From Eledone cirrhosa (lineage: Eukaryota), in the NCBI GenBank assembly GCA_964016885.1, contig OZ024741.1:158844001-158908000 (forward strand): 64,000 nt of DNA, in the 5' to 3' direction. The notes beneath the pieces are model-generated. The model saw only the letters and a list, made by a program, of their open reading frames with translations. It made no database searches and had not been told where the DNA came from. Made by a program: the position numbers and the translations under genes. Shown here piece by piece: positions 1 through 15,351 of this stretch. How positions within the stretch are numbered: position 1 is the stretch's first letter; the number at the start of each line of letters is the position of its first letter.

Positions 1-100
1 AAGTGCCAATAAAGTACTGGGGTTGATTTAATTCCCCTCCCCAAAAATTGTTGGCCTTGTGTCTAAATCAGAAACCATCATTATTATTATTAATATTAGT
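1..100 (+). mobile_element. 3' fragment of tRNA-derived SINE (family A, Deu/Nin-domain-like)
   Basis: aataaagtactggggttgattta...ttggccttgtgtctaaatcagaaacc followed by (ATT)n matches the 3' half of the full copy at 36328-36520. Confidence 0.6.
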
Positions 101-129
101 TTTATTTTTATTATGTCATCACTGCATTG

Positions 130-2500
130 TAAAGCACAGCTCTGAGTGCCTTGAGTATATGCAGTGTGGTTTTTGGTATTGTATTGAAAGTACTCTTCAT
201 AATATGTGTGCAGTGCCTAGTAGATTTTCTGTATGCTATATATGTTGTAAATCCTGGGGTTTTTGGTTATGATTCTGTCTGTGTTCATTTTATCATTTCC
301 AGAGGGATTATTTCTGTTTACATTATCCACAGTCAGGCTATTTCTATCTCCAGATCTTTATATTTGAATAATTTCTCAATTTCCATGATCTTTGTGTTCA
401 TGGTAGGATAATCTTTCTACATCTGATTTTTCTGTCTAGTCCTGCTCGTTCTTTTAGTGTCCAGTTTAGAATGTTAAAACTAGAGCTTATTACTTGAAGC
501 AATATAGTATTGGTGCTTATTACCTTATTCTTTGCATTTAGATGTCTTAAGTAGTAATCTAATCCATCTATAGTATTCCTTTTTTAATCTTTTTTAAGCT
601 TTAGATTATCCATATACAGGTTAATTTTCTTGATGCAGCATTTATACCCATTAAGTCAAGTCCTGTTTAGTATCTCAAATAATGGTGTCAATGCAAGGCA
701 AAAAAAGGAGTGGTGAAAAAGAGTCTCCTTGAAATATCCCTTGCTTATACATATGGGGAACACTTTCAAAAACCTTCTGGTAGTCAAACCATGTTATGCT
801 GAGATTTTCTTTTCTTTTCCTAAAGTTTTCTATTATGGCTTTGTAGATTAATAATTAATCTTTACAGTCATGAGCCTTTGCAGCCTCCTTTCTTCTCTTT
901 TGGAGGTAGGTTGTCTTTTTCCGGGTACTTGGTCAGTTTCTGTGATATTATTGTTGTTAAGTTCCTGTAGGTTACAGTGTTATAGGGCATGTAGTTTTCA
1001 GAGTTTGCTGTGTCATTATTATTGGGGATCAGCGTGGTTTTCCCTTTGGTAAACCTATTGGGTGTCATTTTTGGCTCCATCAACATCTCACAGTTTTACA
1101 AGTACACTATGTGTCTGTTAAATATTTCCAACCAGAAGTTTCAGATTTTGTTGTCATAGTGTGTTCTGGTTGCTTGGTTTGTTCAGTATGTTGTGATGTC
1201 TCCCCAGAGCTGCTCAGGTACTGTGTTTATTGTTCTAACAAGTCCTGTGTGTGGTGATTCCCTCACTGTCCACAGTCCTCCACAAAACTTCTCTACTTCT
1301 TTTCATTTAGGGGCTATATTTACCTCTATTTTGCTTTCACTAAGTTCCAGAGAGAATCGTTTGAGGCTGGACTGAAATTGCTTTTTTTGTTCAAATAACT
1401 GTTGGCATTTTACATATCTCCAGATTTTTTTAGCCTTATGAAACTAACATTTCTGTTTGTGTTAAGTAAGTCTATGGTGGTCAGGTTAGCATTTTTATGG
1501 TTGTTACTATTTCACCATTGATTTTTATCTTTAAGAGTTGTATTCTTTGATCAATAGGGAAATCTTCCATTGTTTGGAGTTTTGGGATTATTTCCATCTT
1601 TATCCTATTGGAGTCTTGAATTCTATTTTTAGGGTTTTGTTTTCCCACCTCTTCCTCGTATTTCCTTTCATTTGTATTTTTGGCTGAATTGTCCTGAATT
1701 GGTTTTTGATAGTCAGTATTCTGTATGTCTTTTAGGGTTAGGATTTGCTGTTTATTTTATCTGTTTTGGATATGTTGCTTCTATTTTCATGGCTTAAATT
1801 CTGAATATTTTTATATTTACTAGTTGTTTTGTGTTTGTTATTTGAGTTTTCATAGTGTCTTCATTCTTCTAGATGTTCAATTTTTCAATTTCTGATATGT
1901 TTTTCGTTTTTAATACATATCTTCTAAAGTTATTTGAGGTCAAGTTTTAAATCAGGGTGTGGATTATTTTTCTCGCAGATTTTATAAGTGTATAATGTTG
2001 TATTTTCATTTTTAGGCTATACATAGTGTTGCTGTAAAATATGCAATTAGAATCAAAACATATTCCTTCTGTGTCCATTGATGTCTTTTCAATTTTATTT
2101 GTGGCAGTTCAGTTGTAAAGTCCAGCCCTTCATTTAGAATGTCATCATTTTAATTGGGTACCCGTTTTTGCATGTAAAGGTCTATGTATTTTTTTTCTTA
2201 AATTCAAAGTATGTACCTCTATATTTTTATTTGCTTTCAGCAGAATTATGCAGTGTTTATTTGTGATTGTTTAGTCTTATCCATCTTTTGTTAAAATTCA
2301 TGAGTGTTACGTGCATGCATCTATTTTCGTTGTATTTCCCCACTCACTTTTTTATATTGTTTTTATATTAGTTATTATCTTTCAGAACTTGTAAACTCTT
2401 CACTCCAAGTTGATGTGGATTTTTCTCAACTGGTTGTATTTTTCATACATTTTCAATGTCAAAATGAAATTTATATGATATGGACAAGCCATTCATAAAA
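130..2500 (-). mobile_element. Decayed R4/Dong-like non-LTR retrotransposon (RT plus restriction-like endonuclease), frameshifted and internally deleted
   Basis: The minus strand gives RT and RLE motifs in the expected order: GKTTLIPNNNDTANSENY (ORF 868-1086), DYQKVFESVPH (~753-787), QGIFQGDSFSPLLF (~702-743), LYMDNLK (~598-620), FNILNWTLKERAGLDRKIR (~422-480), EKLFKYKDLEIEIA*LW (~327-378). The 3' end lies next to an (ATT)n run. The 5' boundary is approximate. Confidence 0.8.
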
Positions 2501-2654
2501 TACATGTATTTTTGGTAGCATTCTTCATTTTTTGCTTAAAATCTCTTTTGTTTTGGTGATGTGGGATTTATTTCAAATCTTGTGGGGAGCTTTGTTATAG
2601 GATTCTATTATATTATTCAACCTGATGTAATATTATTATCATTATTATTGATAC

Positions 2655-3092
2655 AGGCATGGCTGTGTAGTTATGTAGTTTGCTTTGCAACCAAATAGTT
2701 TCAGGTTACTTTATTGCACTTTGGGAAAATTTCTTCTATTATAGCGTCAGGCTTGAGAGTAAAATTGGGAGGCAGTTTCTGTGTGAAAAAAACCTGTTGC
2801 ATGTGTGTATAAATATGTGTGATATATATATATATATATACACATGTGTGTGTGTGTCTTTGCTTTGTACTAATACAGCTCAATGTTTTATGATGACATT
2901 TGTTTATGTCTAGCATATACAATATGACTCACAGTTCAGTAGCTTAACATATGAAAAACCCATACCTTACTTAAAAAATAAGGTGGAAGAATTGGTGTCA
3001 GGAAGAGCATCTGGTTGCAAAATGTTGCTTCAGAAACAAAGTCTTGTGAAACTCATTCCAGCATGGAAAAGTGAACATAAAAATGATGAGGA
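2655..3092 (+). mobile_element. tRNA-derived SINE (family B) with RTE-type 3' tail
   Basis: Head ggcatggctgtgtagtt...tttcaggtt (Pol III A/B-box-like), internal (TA/TG)n, and 3' end tggtgtcaggaagagcatc...gcatggaaaagtgaacataaaaatgatg resembling the RTE 3' end at 21710-21860. Related heads at 27085-27245 and ~52315-52470. Confidence 0.65.
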
Positions 3093-3218
3093 TTTTTTTC
3101 TCATTCTTTTGAGATAGATATTGGTAGAGAAACATAAAAATATTCTAATTTAGAATCAAGTTTTAAAATGATGTCTGCCAAAATTACAAAATTCTATATT
3201 ATTGTTAGCATTTTGTTT

Positions 3219-3447
3219 AATTAGCACTTTTGATAACAAACCGACTGAAACTACCACAAGTTCTATGATACTATACTGTTTGTTTTAAAGAATTTATATT
3301 TATCTAAAACCTTTCCATCATAATTCTATATAAGAACCTTTATTAAGTTGTGTTCCAAGCACCAACTTATTACTGAGTTTATTTTCAAAGTTATTTGAAA
3401 ATTGCAGGCAGTTTCTTTCATTAGAAATATAGTAATAAAAGGGTTAA
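3219..3447. mobile_element. Degenerate TTAA-flanked MITE (piggyBac-like ends), same family as 34131-34400
   Basis: Alignable to 34131-34400 by eye (tttgata..aaac...tgaaac.acc...gttctatgata; ends with aaagggttaa). Confidence 0.55.
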
Positions 3448-3809
3448 TTTACAGATTCCCACCCAATCTTTTTTTTTAAAGTCACAAAATGAAAATCATC
3501 ATGATGGAGAAACATACAGTTATATTTTAAAAAGAGTCAAGTTTACAACAGTAAAGAAAATGTCATATGGTATGTATACATAAAAACATATATTACAGGG
3601 AATATAAATATTCTGAAACAAAAAGTGACAATTAAACATTAAAGAATTGATTTACAATATATTATATATAAACAAGCTGGAATAAGCAACATATCTGATT
3701 AACATGAAACACAGACTCAGCTTTTCTTCAGTGTCTCCATGCAGTAGTTTTGAAAGAAAAATACAAATGGCAGTCATTAGTTAATTTAAGTGTAATGATA
3801 TATAATAAT

Positions 3810-4245
3810 GGTTTCAGATTTAGGCACAAAGCCAGCAATTTCGTGGAGAGGAATGTAGATTAAATCAACATCAGTGCATGGCTGGTACTTTATTTTATCG
3901 ACTCCATAAGGAGGAAAGGCTAAGGTAACCACAGCAGGATTTGAACTCAGAATGTAAAAGGCCATAACTCTCATAAAGCAGATTGTCCAACGCTCTACTG
4001 ATTCTGCCAATCCAACGTCCTTGTAATAATGGTTTTTTATATAGGTACAAGGCCAGCAATTTTGGGGGAGGGGAAAGTCGATTAAATCGACCCCAGTGCA
4101 TGACTGGTACTTTATTTTATCGATCCCGTAAGGATGAAAGGCAAAGTTAACCACAGCAGGATTTGAACTCAGAACTTAAAGGGCCATAACAATCATAAAG
4201 CAGATTGTCCAATGCTCTACCGATCCTACCAATCCACAGCCTTTG
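3810..4245 (-). mobile_element. Two tandem family-A SINEs
   Basis: Two ~220 bp copies (3810-4025, 4030-4245), each with a B box (gagttcaaatcc) and the core gcctttcatccttacggg.tcgataaaataaagtaccag on the minus strand. Confidence 0.8.
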
Positions 4246-4424
4246 TAATAACATATATATAATCTGTAATATTATACATATCTCTCTTAGGAGATGTATC
4301 CAATCTTACTTTCCTTCTTTCTTACATATTTTAATTCTATATGTGTGGTGTATATATTTGTATTTTTGATGTTCTAATTGACATTTATATTCTTGCAATT
4401 AGTGAAATGCATGTAAAATGGGTA

Positions 4425-4852
4425 ATGGCTGAATGAATATGATCAAGAATACAACTGGCTGAAATGGGTTTCCTCTGAAGGGTCTTTGGAGTTACATTAC
4501 TCGATCGAGTGTGTAGCTCGGAGATCAGAAAGTCACTTCAGGTAGGGCTGCTGCTGCTACTTCTCCAAATTGAGACATCACATATCCGATACTATGGCCA
4601 TGTAGTTAGAATGTCTTAGGAAAGAATCGCTGGACATATTTTACAGGCAAAACCGACTGGCAAGAGACCCAGGTATAGACCCTGAGCAAGATGGTTGGAT
4701 AACATCGATGAGTTTGGCTGGTCACGCTTGGGGCTCCAGCCAGATCAGTTGGAGACTGTTGCTTCTGACAGGACCAGCTGGAAGGAGTGTTTGAGGACTT
4801 TGCCTCCATGACCCTCTCAGGAATATGTGGTCAAAGAAGAAGAAGAGAAGAA
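4425..4852 (+). mobile_element. Decayed 3' fragment of an RTE-clade LINE (family 2)
   Basis: Translates as SRIQLAEMGFL*RVFGVTLLDRVCSSEIRKSL...IRYYGHVVRMS*ERIAGHILQAKPTGKRPR...RWLDNI and ends in (GAA)n. Related copy at 47320-47925. Confidence 0.75.
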
Positions 4853-4892
4853 GCATGTAAAAAAATGAATATGAATATATATATATATATAT

Positions 4893-5116
4893 GGCTGAAT
4901 ATAATAAATGTAATCTGAGTTGTTTGAATATTTATAATAATATTCGATTTCTTTGCAATTACGCAAACAGCCTCTTTTAAGCCATGCAGTTCTGTTTACA
5001 TGCTAACACAAGAGCAAGAATGAGGGGCTCATTCTGCTGACATGGCTTAAAAGAGGCTGTTTGCAAACAAATCGAATATTATTATTGATATTTGAAAAAC
5101 TCAGATTACATTTATT
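4893..5116. mobile_element. Fold-back element in (TA)n, same family as 24141-24670 in opposite orientation
   Basis: Arms taaatgtaatctgagtt...aaacagcctcttttaagccatg / catggcttaaaagaggctgttt...aactcagattacattta. The core gcagttctgtttacatgc is the reverse complement of 24322-24339. TA runs on both sides. Confidence 0.75.
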
Positions 5117-5132
5117 ATATATATATATATTA

Positions 5133-5562
5133 AGGTGTGATAGTTTGCTTGAGCATTATGGAATATGAAACAGAAAAGAGGGTATATGTGTTTAGAAAGC
5201 CATACAGTGTAAGTGGGTTAGATTACCAAGGTAACAAGCTGGATGGGAATTGAGAGTTAGATTACGAAGGTAACAAGTCAGAAGGAAATTGAGAGAGTTC
5301 AGGTAGAGTGCAAAAAGTGGGAGAAGAAATAAATAAAAGAAATGGGAGAATGTCTGAACGTTACCCTAGCAATTTATTATTCCAAATATTTTTGCACTAT
5401 TTAATTGCTAAGGTATCTTTCAGTCTCTCTTCAATTTCTTTTATTTTACTTATTCTCCCACCTTTTGCTTTCTACCTCAACTCTCTCAATTCCCTTCTGA
5501 CCTGTTACCTTCGTAGTCTAACTCACTTGCATTGTATGGCTTTCTAAGCACACACTCTCATA
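5133..5562. mobile_element. Fold-back element with left-side tail (family shared with 7727-8018)
   Basis: Imperfect arms gtgtttagaaagccatacagtg...tagcaatt / aattgcta...cattgtatggctttctaagcac. The tail gtttgcttgagcatt is also seen at ~7740. Confidence 0.7.
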
Positions 5563-5919
5563 TGTATATATGTGTACATATAACATTCCAATAGTATTTT
5601 TCAGTTTCTCCCTCTCTCTCCCCACACACACGCCAACCCATGCCCAACATAAAACTAAATCAACGTTCTCTCATCTTATGAATTCTGAAAAATCAATCAA
5701 TGCCAGTGATGTGGTTTAATTTAGAGTGTAGAAACACATGCTCCAACATTTCCCATGCAAATGAACAGAACATTTTAACAACCCACACACTACTCACGAC
5801 TCCTTAACTTCTAATATGTGAAAACAAATGAATAAAATAAACAAAAAATAAAACTATAAATAAAACAAAAAATATAAAATAATAACAACTAATAATAATT
5901 GTATTAATAATGAAATAAT

Positions 5920-6567
5920 ATTGATTTCTAATTTAAACACAGGGCCAGTAAATTTAATTGAAGGACAAGGGTTGATTAAATCAGTCCTGTACTTGACTGG
6001 CACTTTAATTTATTAACTCTGGAATGATGAAAGGCAAAGTTAACCTCAGTGGGATTTGAACTCAGAATGTAAAGAGCCAGAAAAAATGCCCCAAAGCATT
6101 TTGTATAACATTCTAACAATTGAGCAAAATGATAATAATAATTGTTTCTACACAAGGCCAGCAATTACCCAGTGCATTACTGGTACTTTATTTTATCGAC
6201 CCCGTAAGGATGAAAGGCAAAGTTAACCTCGGCGGGATTTGAACTCAAAATGATAATAATAATGCTTTCTAATTTTGGCACAGGGCCAACAATTATGGGG
6301 GAAGGGAAAGTCAATTAAATTGACACCAGTGCATTACTGGTACTTTATTTTATCAACCTCATAAGGATGAAAGGCAAAGCTAACCTCAGAACATAAAGGG
6401 TCGTAACTATATGCTGCAAAGCATGGTGTCTGACTCTACTGATACTGGCAAATAATAATAATAATGGTTTCTACTATTAGCACAAGGCCAGCAATTATCC
6501 CAGTACATTACTGGTACTTTATTTTATCGACCCCGTAAGGATGAAAGGCAAAGTTAACCTCGGCGGG

Positions 6568-6610
<43 letters not shown>

Positions 6611-6745
6611 GGAAAGGGAGAAAATTAACCGATACCAGGACTTAAAGTGGGAGGTAAAAAGGATTTGAACTCAGAATGGCAAGGGATGTAATTCTATGCG
6701 TCAAAGCATGGCGTCCGACCATCTACCGATACTGCCAATCCACCA
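5920..6745 (-). mobile_element. Cluster of 4-5 full or partial family-A SINEs separated by (AAT)n
   Basis: Repeated ggcacaaggccagcaatt...actggtactttattttatcgaccccgtaaggatgaaaggcaaagttaacctcggcgggatttgaactc blocks at ~5935, 6150, 6275, 6480 and 6660. Confidence 0.8.
6609..6666 (+). mobile_element. Tiny RLE-domain fragment of an R4/Dong-like retrotransposon after (AAT)n
   Basis: Translates KEREKINRYQDLKWEVKRI, matching the E-K-x-x-K/R-Y-x-D-L RLE signature also seen at ~330-378. Confidence 0.5.
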
Positions 6746-7097
6746 TAATAATAATAATAGCAAAAATAATAGTAGTAATAATAATAAACAACTATTGCAA
6801 CAAGATTAGATGAGAAATTGGTGTTAATAGGTTGTGAGAAATGTTAAAGGTTTAGGGTAGATGGAGGATGGTATATGAAAAATTTAAACATCTCAAAGCA
6901 AACATGTGTTAGTATGTAAATAGTTGTTTTGTTAGTTTGACTTTTAGGGCAAAGGGAGAATGGTAGGCAGGTTGGTGGATTCAATTTGAATTTGATTTTG
7001 TTGTACAAACAACAAAATAGACCTACCGCCAACCTAGCAATAGGGTTCTAGTTGCTCTCTTTGCTCCATGGCTGAGCTAACATTACCATTTGGAGTG

Positions 7098-7175
7098 CAA
7101 ATGAATTAACTGAAAAAATTAAATGAATTAACTGAAAAAATTAAATGAATTAACTGAAAAAATTAAATGAATTAC
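7098..7175 (+). repeat. 22-bp tandem repeat, ~3.5 copies
   Basis: Unit aaatgaattaactgaaaaaatt. Confidence 0.85.
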
Positions 7176-7431
7176 ATATATATTTATAGTAACATAATTT
7201 TACTTGCTCTATAAGATGTGTATATACATATATGTTATATTCTAAACATGAATGTGCTGCAGTTTAATCATTTTTATTAAAGATTTTCCAAATGTCATTA
7301 CACTGTGACTATTAGCATTTCAAGTCCTTCACAGCCTCATCTGTTTGAAGCACAGTCAAGTTTTCAATATAACATGTTTCAAAAGAGTAGCTGTTCACTA
7401 CTTATACAAATATATATATATATATATATAA

Positions 7432-7462
<31 letters not shown>

Positions 7463-7479
7463 CAAATATATATATATAT

Positions 7480-7584
7480 AAGTAGAGGATCCTCTACTTT
7501 CACTAATATACCCACTGTGCATCTTACCATGTATCAAGTACTTCTCTGATTTGTGGCCTTCCCAGTCCCCGTACTGCAGACTAT

Positions 7585-7587
<3 letters not shown>
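7480..7587. mobile_element. Minimal fold-back insert: perfect 20-bp palindrome plus ~88-bp tail in (TA)n
   Basis: aagtagaggatcctctactt (7480-7499) is self-complementary. It is followed by unique sequence up to 7587, with TA runs on both sides. Confidence 0.55.
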
Positions 7588-7679
<92 letters not shown>

Positions 7680-7684
7680 TACAT

Positions 7685-7726
<42 letters not shown>

Positions 7727-7729
<3 letters not shown>

Positions 7730-8013
7730 GGCGTTAAAGTTTGCTTGAAGCATTGTGAAATGTGTAAAATATGTAGTTTAGAAAGCCACAACAATGCAGA
7801 TGGGAAATCTCGAGGTAAGGAGTGAGTGAGAAATAGGAGAAAAGTGATGGGCGTGAGCCCGAAATATTGGGATTAAACCTCCACTACGGTAACCCTTCTA
7901 CCTTTGTTTTGTTTTCATTTTCACTTTTCTCCTATTTTTCACTTTTCTCCTATTTCTCACTCACTTCTTACCTCGAGATTTCCCATCTGCATTGTTGTGG
8001 CTTTCTAAACTAC

Positions 8014-8018
<5 letters not shown>
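7727..8018. mobile_element. Fold-back element with left-side tail in (TA)n
   Basis: Arms atgtagtttagaaagccacaacaatgcagatgggaaatctcgaggtaag...gaaataggagaaaagtga / tcacttttctcctatttc...cttacctcgagatttcccatctgcattgttgtggctttctaaactacat. Confidence 0.8.
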
Positions 8019-8074
<56 letters not shown>

Positions 8075-8569
8075 TATAAATGTAGCCTTCTGAGTTACCT
8101 CCATCAAATAGTTATTGAAAAGGCCAAAAATGTATGATGAAAGACTGACAAACCATTCAATAATTAATTAATAGATTAACAGATATGAAGTGATGCTGTT
8201 TTGATTGGCAGAATGATGTTTTGAATATTTGTAATATTTTGGCAGATTTCTTTCAGTACTATTTCTGATAAATCCTAAAAAAGAAACTGCAGTAAAAAAA
8301 AAACATTATTTCCATATTTGTTCAGTTTTATTCATTGTGACCTTTACTATTCTACTTTTAGTAGTATTAATCCCTTTGAAAACATTGTTCATTGTACATA
8401 TGTACATATATATATATATAGATATGACCAAAAGTTTAACAAGGTTCATTGATTAATCAATGAATAAAGTTTTACAATAGATTAGAAGAACCCAACAGCG
8501 AGGTTTTCTGAAGTTATTAATATTAATTAAAAATATTAATCAATATAGACATTCATGTGATCAAATATA

Positions 8570-8631
8570 TTTTATTATACATATTTCAGAGGTACTGACC
8601 TATTTCATCAGTACGTCCTCATCAGATAAAA
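8570..8631 (-). ncRNA. Minimal type I hammerhead ribozyme (inverted pseudo-LTR copy)
   Basis: Minus strand reads TTTTAT CTGATGA GGACGTACTGA-loop-TCAGTACCTCT GAAA TATGTA TA ATAAAA. Confidence 0.65.
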
Positions 8632-9011
8632 TAAATTGATGTCTGACATACCTGATGGTTCAATTCCAATTTTGGCAGTGATTAATTATGACAAAACTCA
8701 ATATTTATATACCATAAGTTGTAACATGACAAACTACATAGGAAACATGTATACAAAATATAATAAGTTTATATAAAGACAAGTAAAAAATATAAACATA
8801 TAACTACATAACTGTTAAAAATTTAAATAATTAAATATGTAAATATCCGTATTAGAGAAGGAGCAAATGAGAAAGAGAGAGCTAAATAAAGGAGAGAAGG
8901 AATAAGATAGAGAGATGATACTAAAAACAAAGAAAGGAAGATATGTATTGTATAATATAATTACTTAAGGAAAAGAAGAATAAAGGTATATGATGCGTGA
9001 CCATTTTTTTT

Positions 9012-10265
9012 CAATGAAAACCTAAATTATGTTAGCTTTTATTCCAATCATCCTAAATGTGTTAAAAATGCAGTAGTCAATAGTGTTCAACAACAACCTC
9101 TAACTAGATTATCTGCTAACAAATCCATTTTAAATAACAAAGCTGGATATTATAATGAAACGTTGCATAAGGCAGGATATAAAAATAATATTCAATATGT
9201 AGATAACAGTAATTCTAATTATAAACTAAATAATAATAGGAATAATATAAATAAAGCAGACTGTAAAAATAAATATAAAAATAATATAAATATAAATAAA
9301 AATACTAATTTCGTGAATAAATTGGGGAAAAAAATTAGAACTAAATCTATTATGCCCCACCAGCATCTTTAGCTTTTAAAACACCCTTAGTACAATTATC
9401 TTACTCAACTATCTTACTCAACTATCTTACTCAATTATCTTACTCAACAACTATGAATATGGCTCAAAATATTGCAAAAATAAATAGCAGAATTCTTAGT
9501 TATAACCAACAGATAATTAGTGATAATGACAATATTAATATTAACAATAATATAGTTACAGAGAATAACAATAACATTAATTTAAGTACTTACAGTAGAA
9601 CACCTACAAATATTAACAATGATAATGCGAACAGTTTAGATTATAGAAATATCAGAAAATTGAACTGTAACTGTAGAAAAAGATCTGAATGCCCTTTGCA
9701 AAATAACTGTTTCTACTTTAGGCACAAGGCCAGCAATTATCCAGTGCATTACTGGTACTTTATTTTATCAACCCCGTAAGAATGAAAGGCAAAGTCAACC
9801 TCGGCAGGATTTGAACTCAGATCGTAAAGGGACGTAACTATGCTGGAAAGCATGGCCTCCAACCCTCTACCGAAACTGCCAATCCACCGCCTCATGTTAA
9901 AACAAATAATATTACCTATAACTACATAGGTGCAACTCATCGAACTTTAAACTGAGATTTTCCAATCATAAACATTCTTTTTCTAATCCGGATTAGAAAT
10001 TTTACTACTTCTTTATCACAATTAATATGGTCTTTAAAAGAGAAAAATATAAAATACTCAATCTTTTGGTCTAAACTTCGCAACTGTCAACTTTACCGAA
10101 ATAACTCTATCTCTCCTAACTGCAATCTTTGCAATACTGAGACTCTATTAATAATTGCTAATTATGCTAATTTAATTAACAAAAAAAGGGAGTTATTCTC
10201 AAATTGCCTGCATAAATCTGCATCAACATTTCAAGCATCATATAAAATTAGGAAAAAACATTGAC
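9012..10265 (+). pseudogene. Decayed PLE RT C-terminus, Cys-rich linker and GIY-YIG endonuclease
   Basis: Motifs in order across frameshifts: NLNYVSFYSNHPKCVKNAVV...RLSANKSILNNKAGYYNETLHKAGY; NCNCRKRSECPLQNNC; YNYIGATHRT..KLRFSNHKHSF; SLSQLIWSLKEKNIKYSIFW; CNLCNTETLLII...LINKKRELFSNCLHK. Interrupted by a SINE at 9709-9893. Confidence 0.8.
9709..9893 (-). mobile_element. Full-length family-A SINE inserted in the PLE ORF
   Basis: Near-identical in reverse complement to 36328-36515; A-box-like tggcagtttcgg and B box gagttcaaatcc. Confidence 0.85.
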
Positions 10266-11155
10266 TGAGTGAGAAAGGATATTGACTCTTATTAATAATT
10301 CTTGTAATGTTTTTAATATTGCTATTATTAATATTGTGTATAATGTTTCTACCTAACCTTAAGAATTGTATACCTGCTCTCTTAAAGAGTATGATCATTT
10401 CTTGGTTGTTTAAATACCCTTAGTTTTAATTTAGAATTTTTTAAATCCTGTATCTTATAAATTTGATATCTGTAATATCTTCAGACTCTTAAACCGTTTA
10501 ATTACTTTAAATGTTTGAATACGTTGTATGAAGATATTGTTTACATTTATCGTATATAAGTTTCGTTTTGTCTAAATTGATTAATAATTTGTACTTAACT
10601 TGATTTATAGTATTGAATACAGTAAAATTTAGTTAAATCAAAATAATAAAACTCTTAAGTGTAATTATAACTAATAATTAATCTTATATATAATTGACAA
10701 ATATCGATTTAAATCATAAAGTTTATAAAAGAACTATACAATTGCTAATATCTAAATAAGTTCGGTTTAATAATATCATATTTACTACATTTATAAGCAC
10801 TATTGTTAGTTAATAATATTTTTAATTTTGATTTTTATAACCAAATTATTAAGTATATTTATTAATTTAAATATACCCATGATTACCCTTGAAATTATGT
10901 TAAATTATCTTTTTCACTTCATATTGTTTTAATTTTGATATAATATAATAGTATAATTACGTTCAAATATTATAGACTAAAAATTTTACGATATTTAATT
11001 GATGGTTTCTACCTAACTTAATATTTGAAAAAAAATGGTCACGCAGCATATACCTTTATTCTTCTTTTCCTTAAGTAATTATATTATACAATACATATCT
11101 CCCTTTCTTTGGTTTTAGTATCATCTCTCTATCTTTTTCCTTCTCTCCTTTATTT

Positions 11156-11214
<59 letters not shown>

Positions 11215-11475
11215 GCTCCTTCTCTAATACGGATATTTACATATTTAATTATTTAAATTTTTAACAGTTATGTAGTTATATGTTTATATTTTTTACTTGT
11301 CTTTATATAAACTTATTATATTTTGTATACACGTTTCCTATGTACCCTCTCAATTATATGTAGTTTGTCATGTTACAACTTATAGTATATAAATATTGAG
11401 TTTTGTCATAACTAATCACTGCCAAGACTGGAATTGAACCATCAGCACAGTTGAGGTATGTCAGACATCAATTTA

Positions 11476-11537
11476 TTTTATCTGATGAGGGCGTACTGAT
11501 GAAATAGCTCAGTACCTCTGAAATATGTATAATAAAA
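11476..11537 (+). ncRNA. Minimal type I hammerhead ribozyme
   Basis: Stem I TTTTAT/ATAAAA; core CTGATGA at 11482-11488; stem II GTACTGA/TCAGTAC; GAAA at 11520-11523; short quasi-palindromic stem III TATGTA; AUA cleavage triplet. Confidence 0.7.
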
Positions 11538-11580
11538 TATATTTGATCACATGATGGCTATATTGATTAATATTTTGAAG

Positions 11581-15217
<3,637 letters not shown>

Positions 15218-15269
15218 GAAAGGCGTAAAATAAGAAAATTTTAAAATTAACTTACTTACTAAAATTTTC

Positions 15270-15351
15270 ACTCCAATTAATTAGTTTCTGTAAGGGAATA
15301 AATATAGTTACGCAACGCAACTATAGAGAAGTCCTTACATCATCAGGAAGT
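15270..15351 (-). ncRNA. Type I hammerhead ribozyme (inverted arm)
   Basis: Minus strand reads ACTTC CTGATGA TGTAAGG...CCTTACA GAAA CTAATTAA TT GGAGT. Confidence 0.55.

Larger units (their letters stand above)
7408..8078. repeat. (TA)n microsatellite tracts with embedded inserts
   Basis: Direct reading; ORFs here are IY/YI translation artefacts. Confidence 0.95.
8421..11581 (+). mobile_element. Penelope-like element (PLE): 5'-truncated decayed ORF flanked by ~490-550 bp inverted pseudo-LTRs, each with a hammerhead core
   Basis: 8529-9014 is the reverse complement of 11025-11577. The interior encodes PLE C-terminal motifs (next feature). Hammerhead cores at 11476-11537 (+) and 8570-8631 (-). 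Bounded by (TA)n on both sides. Confidence 0.85.
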
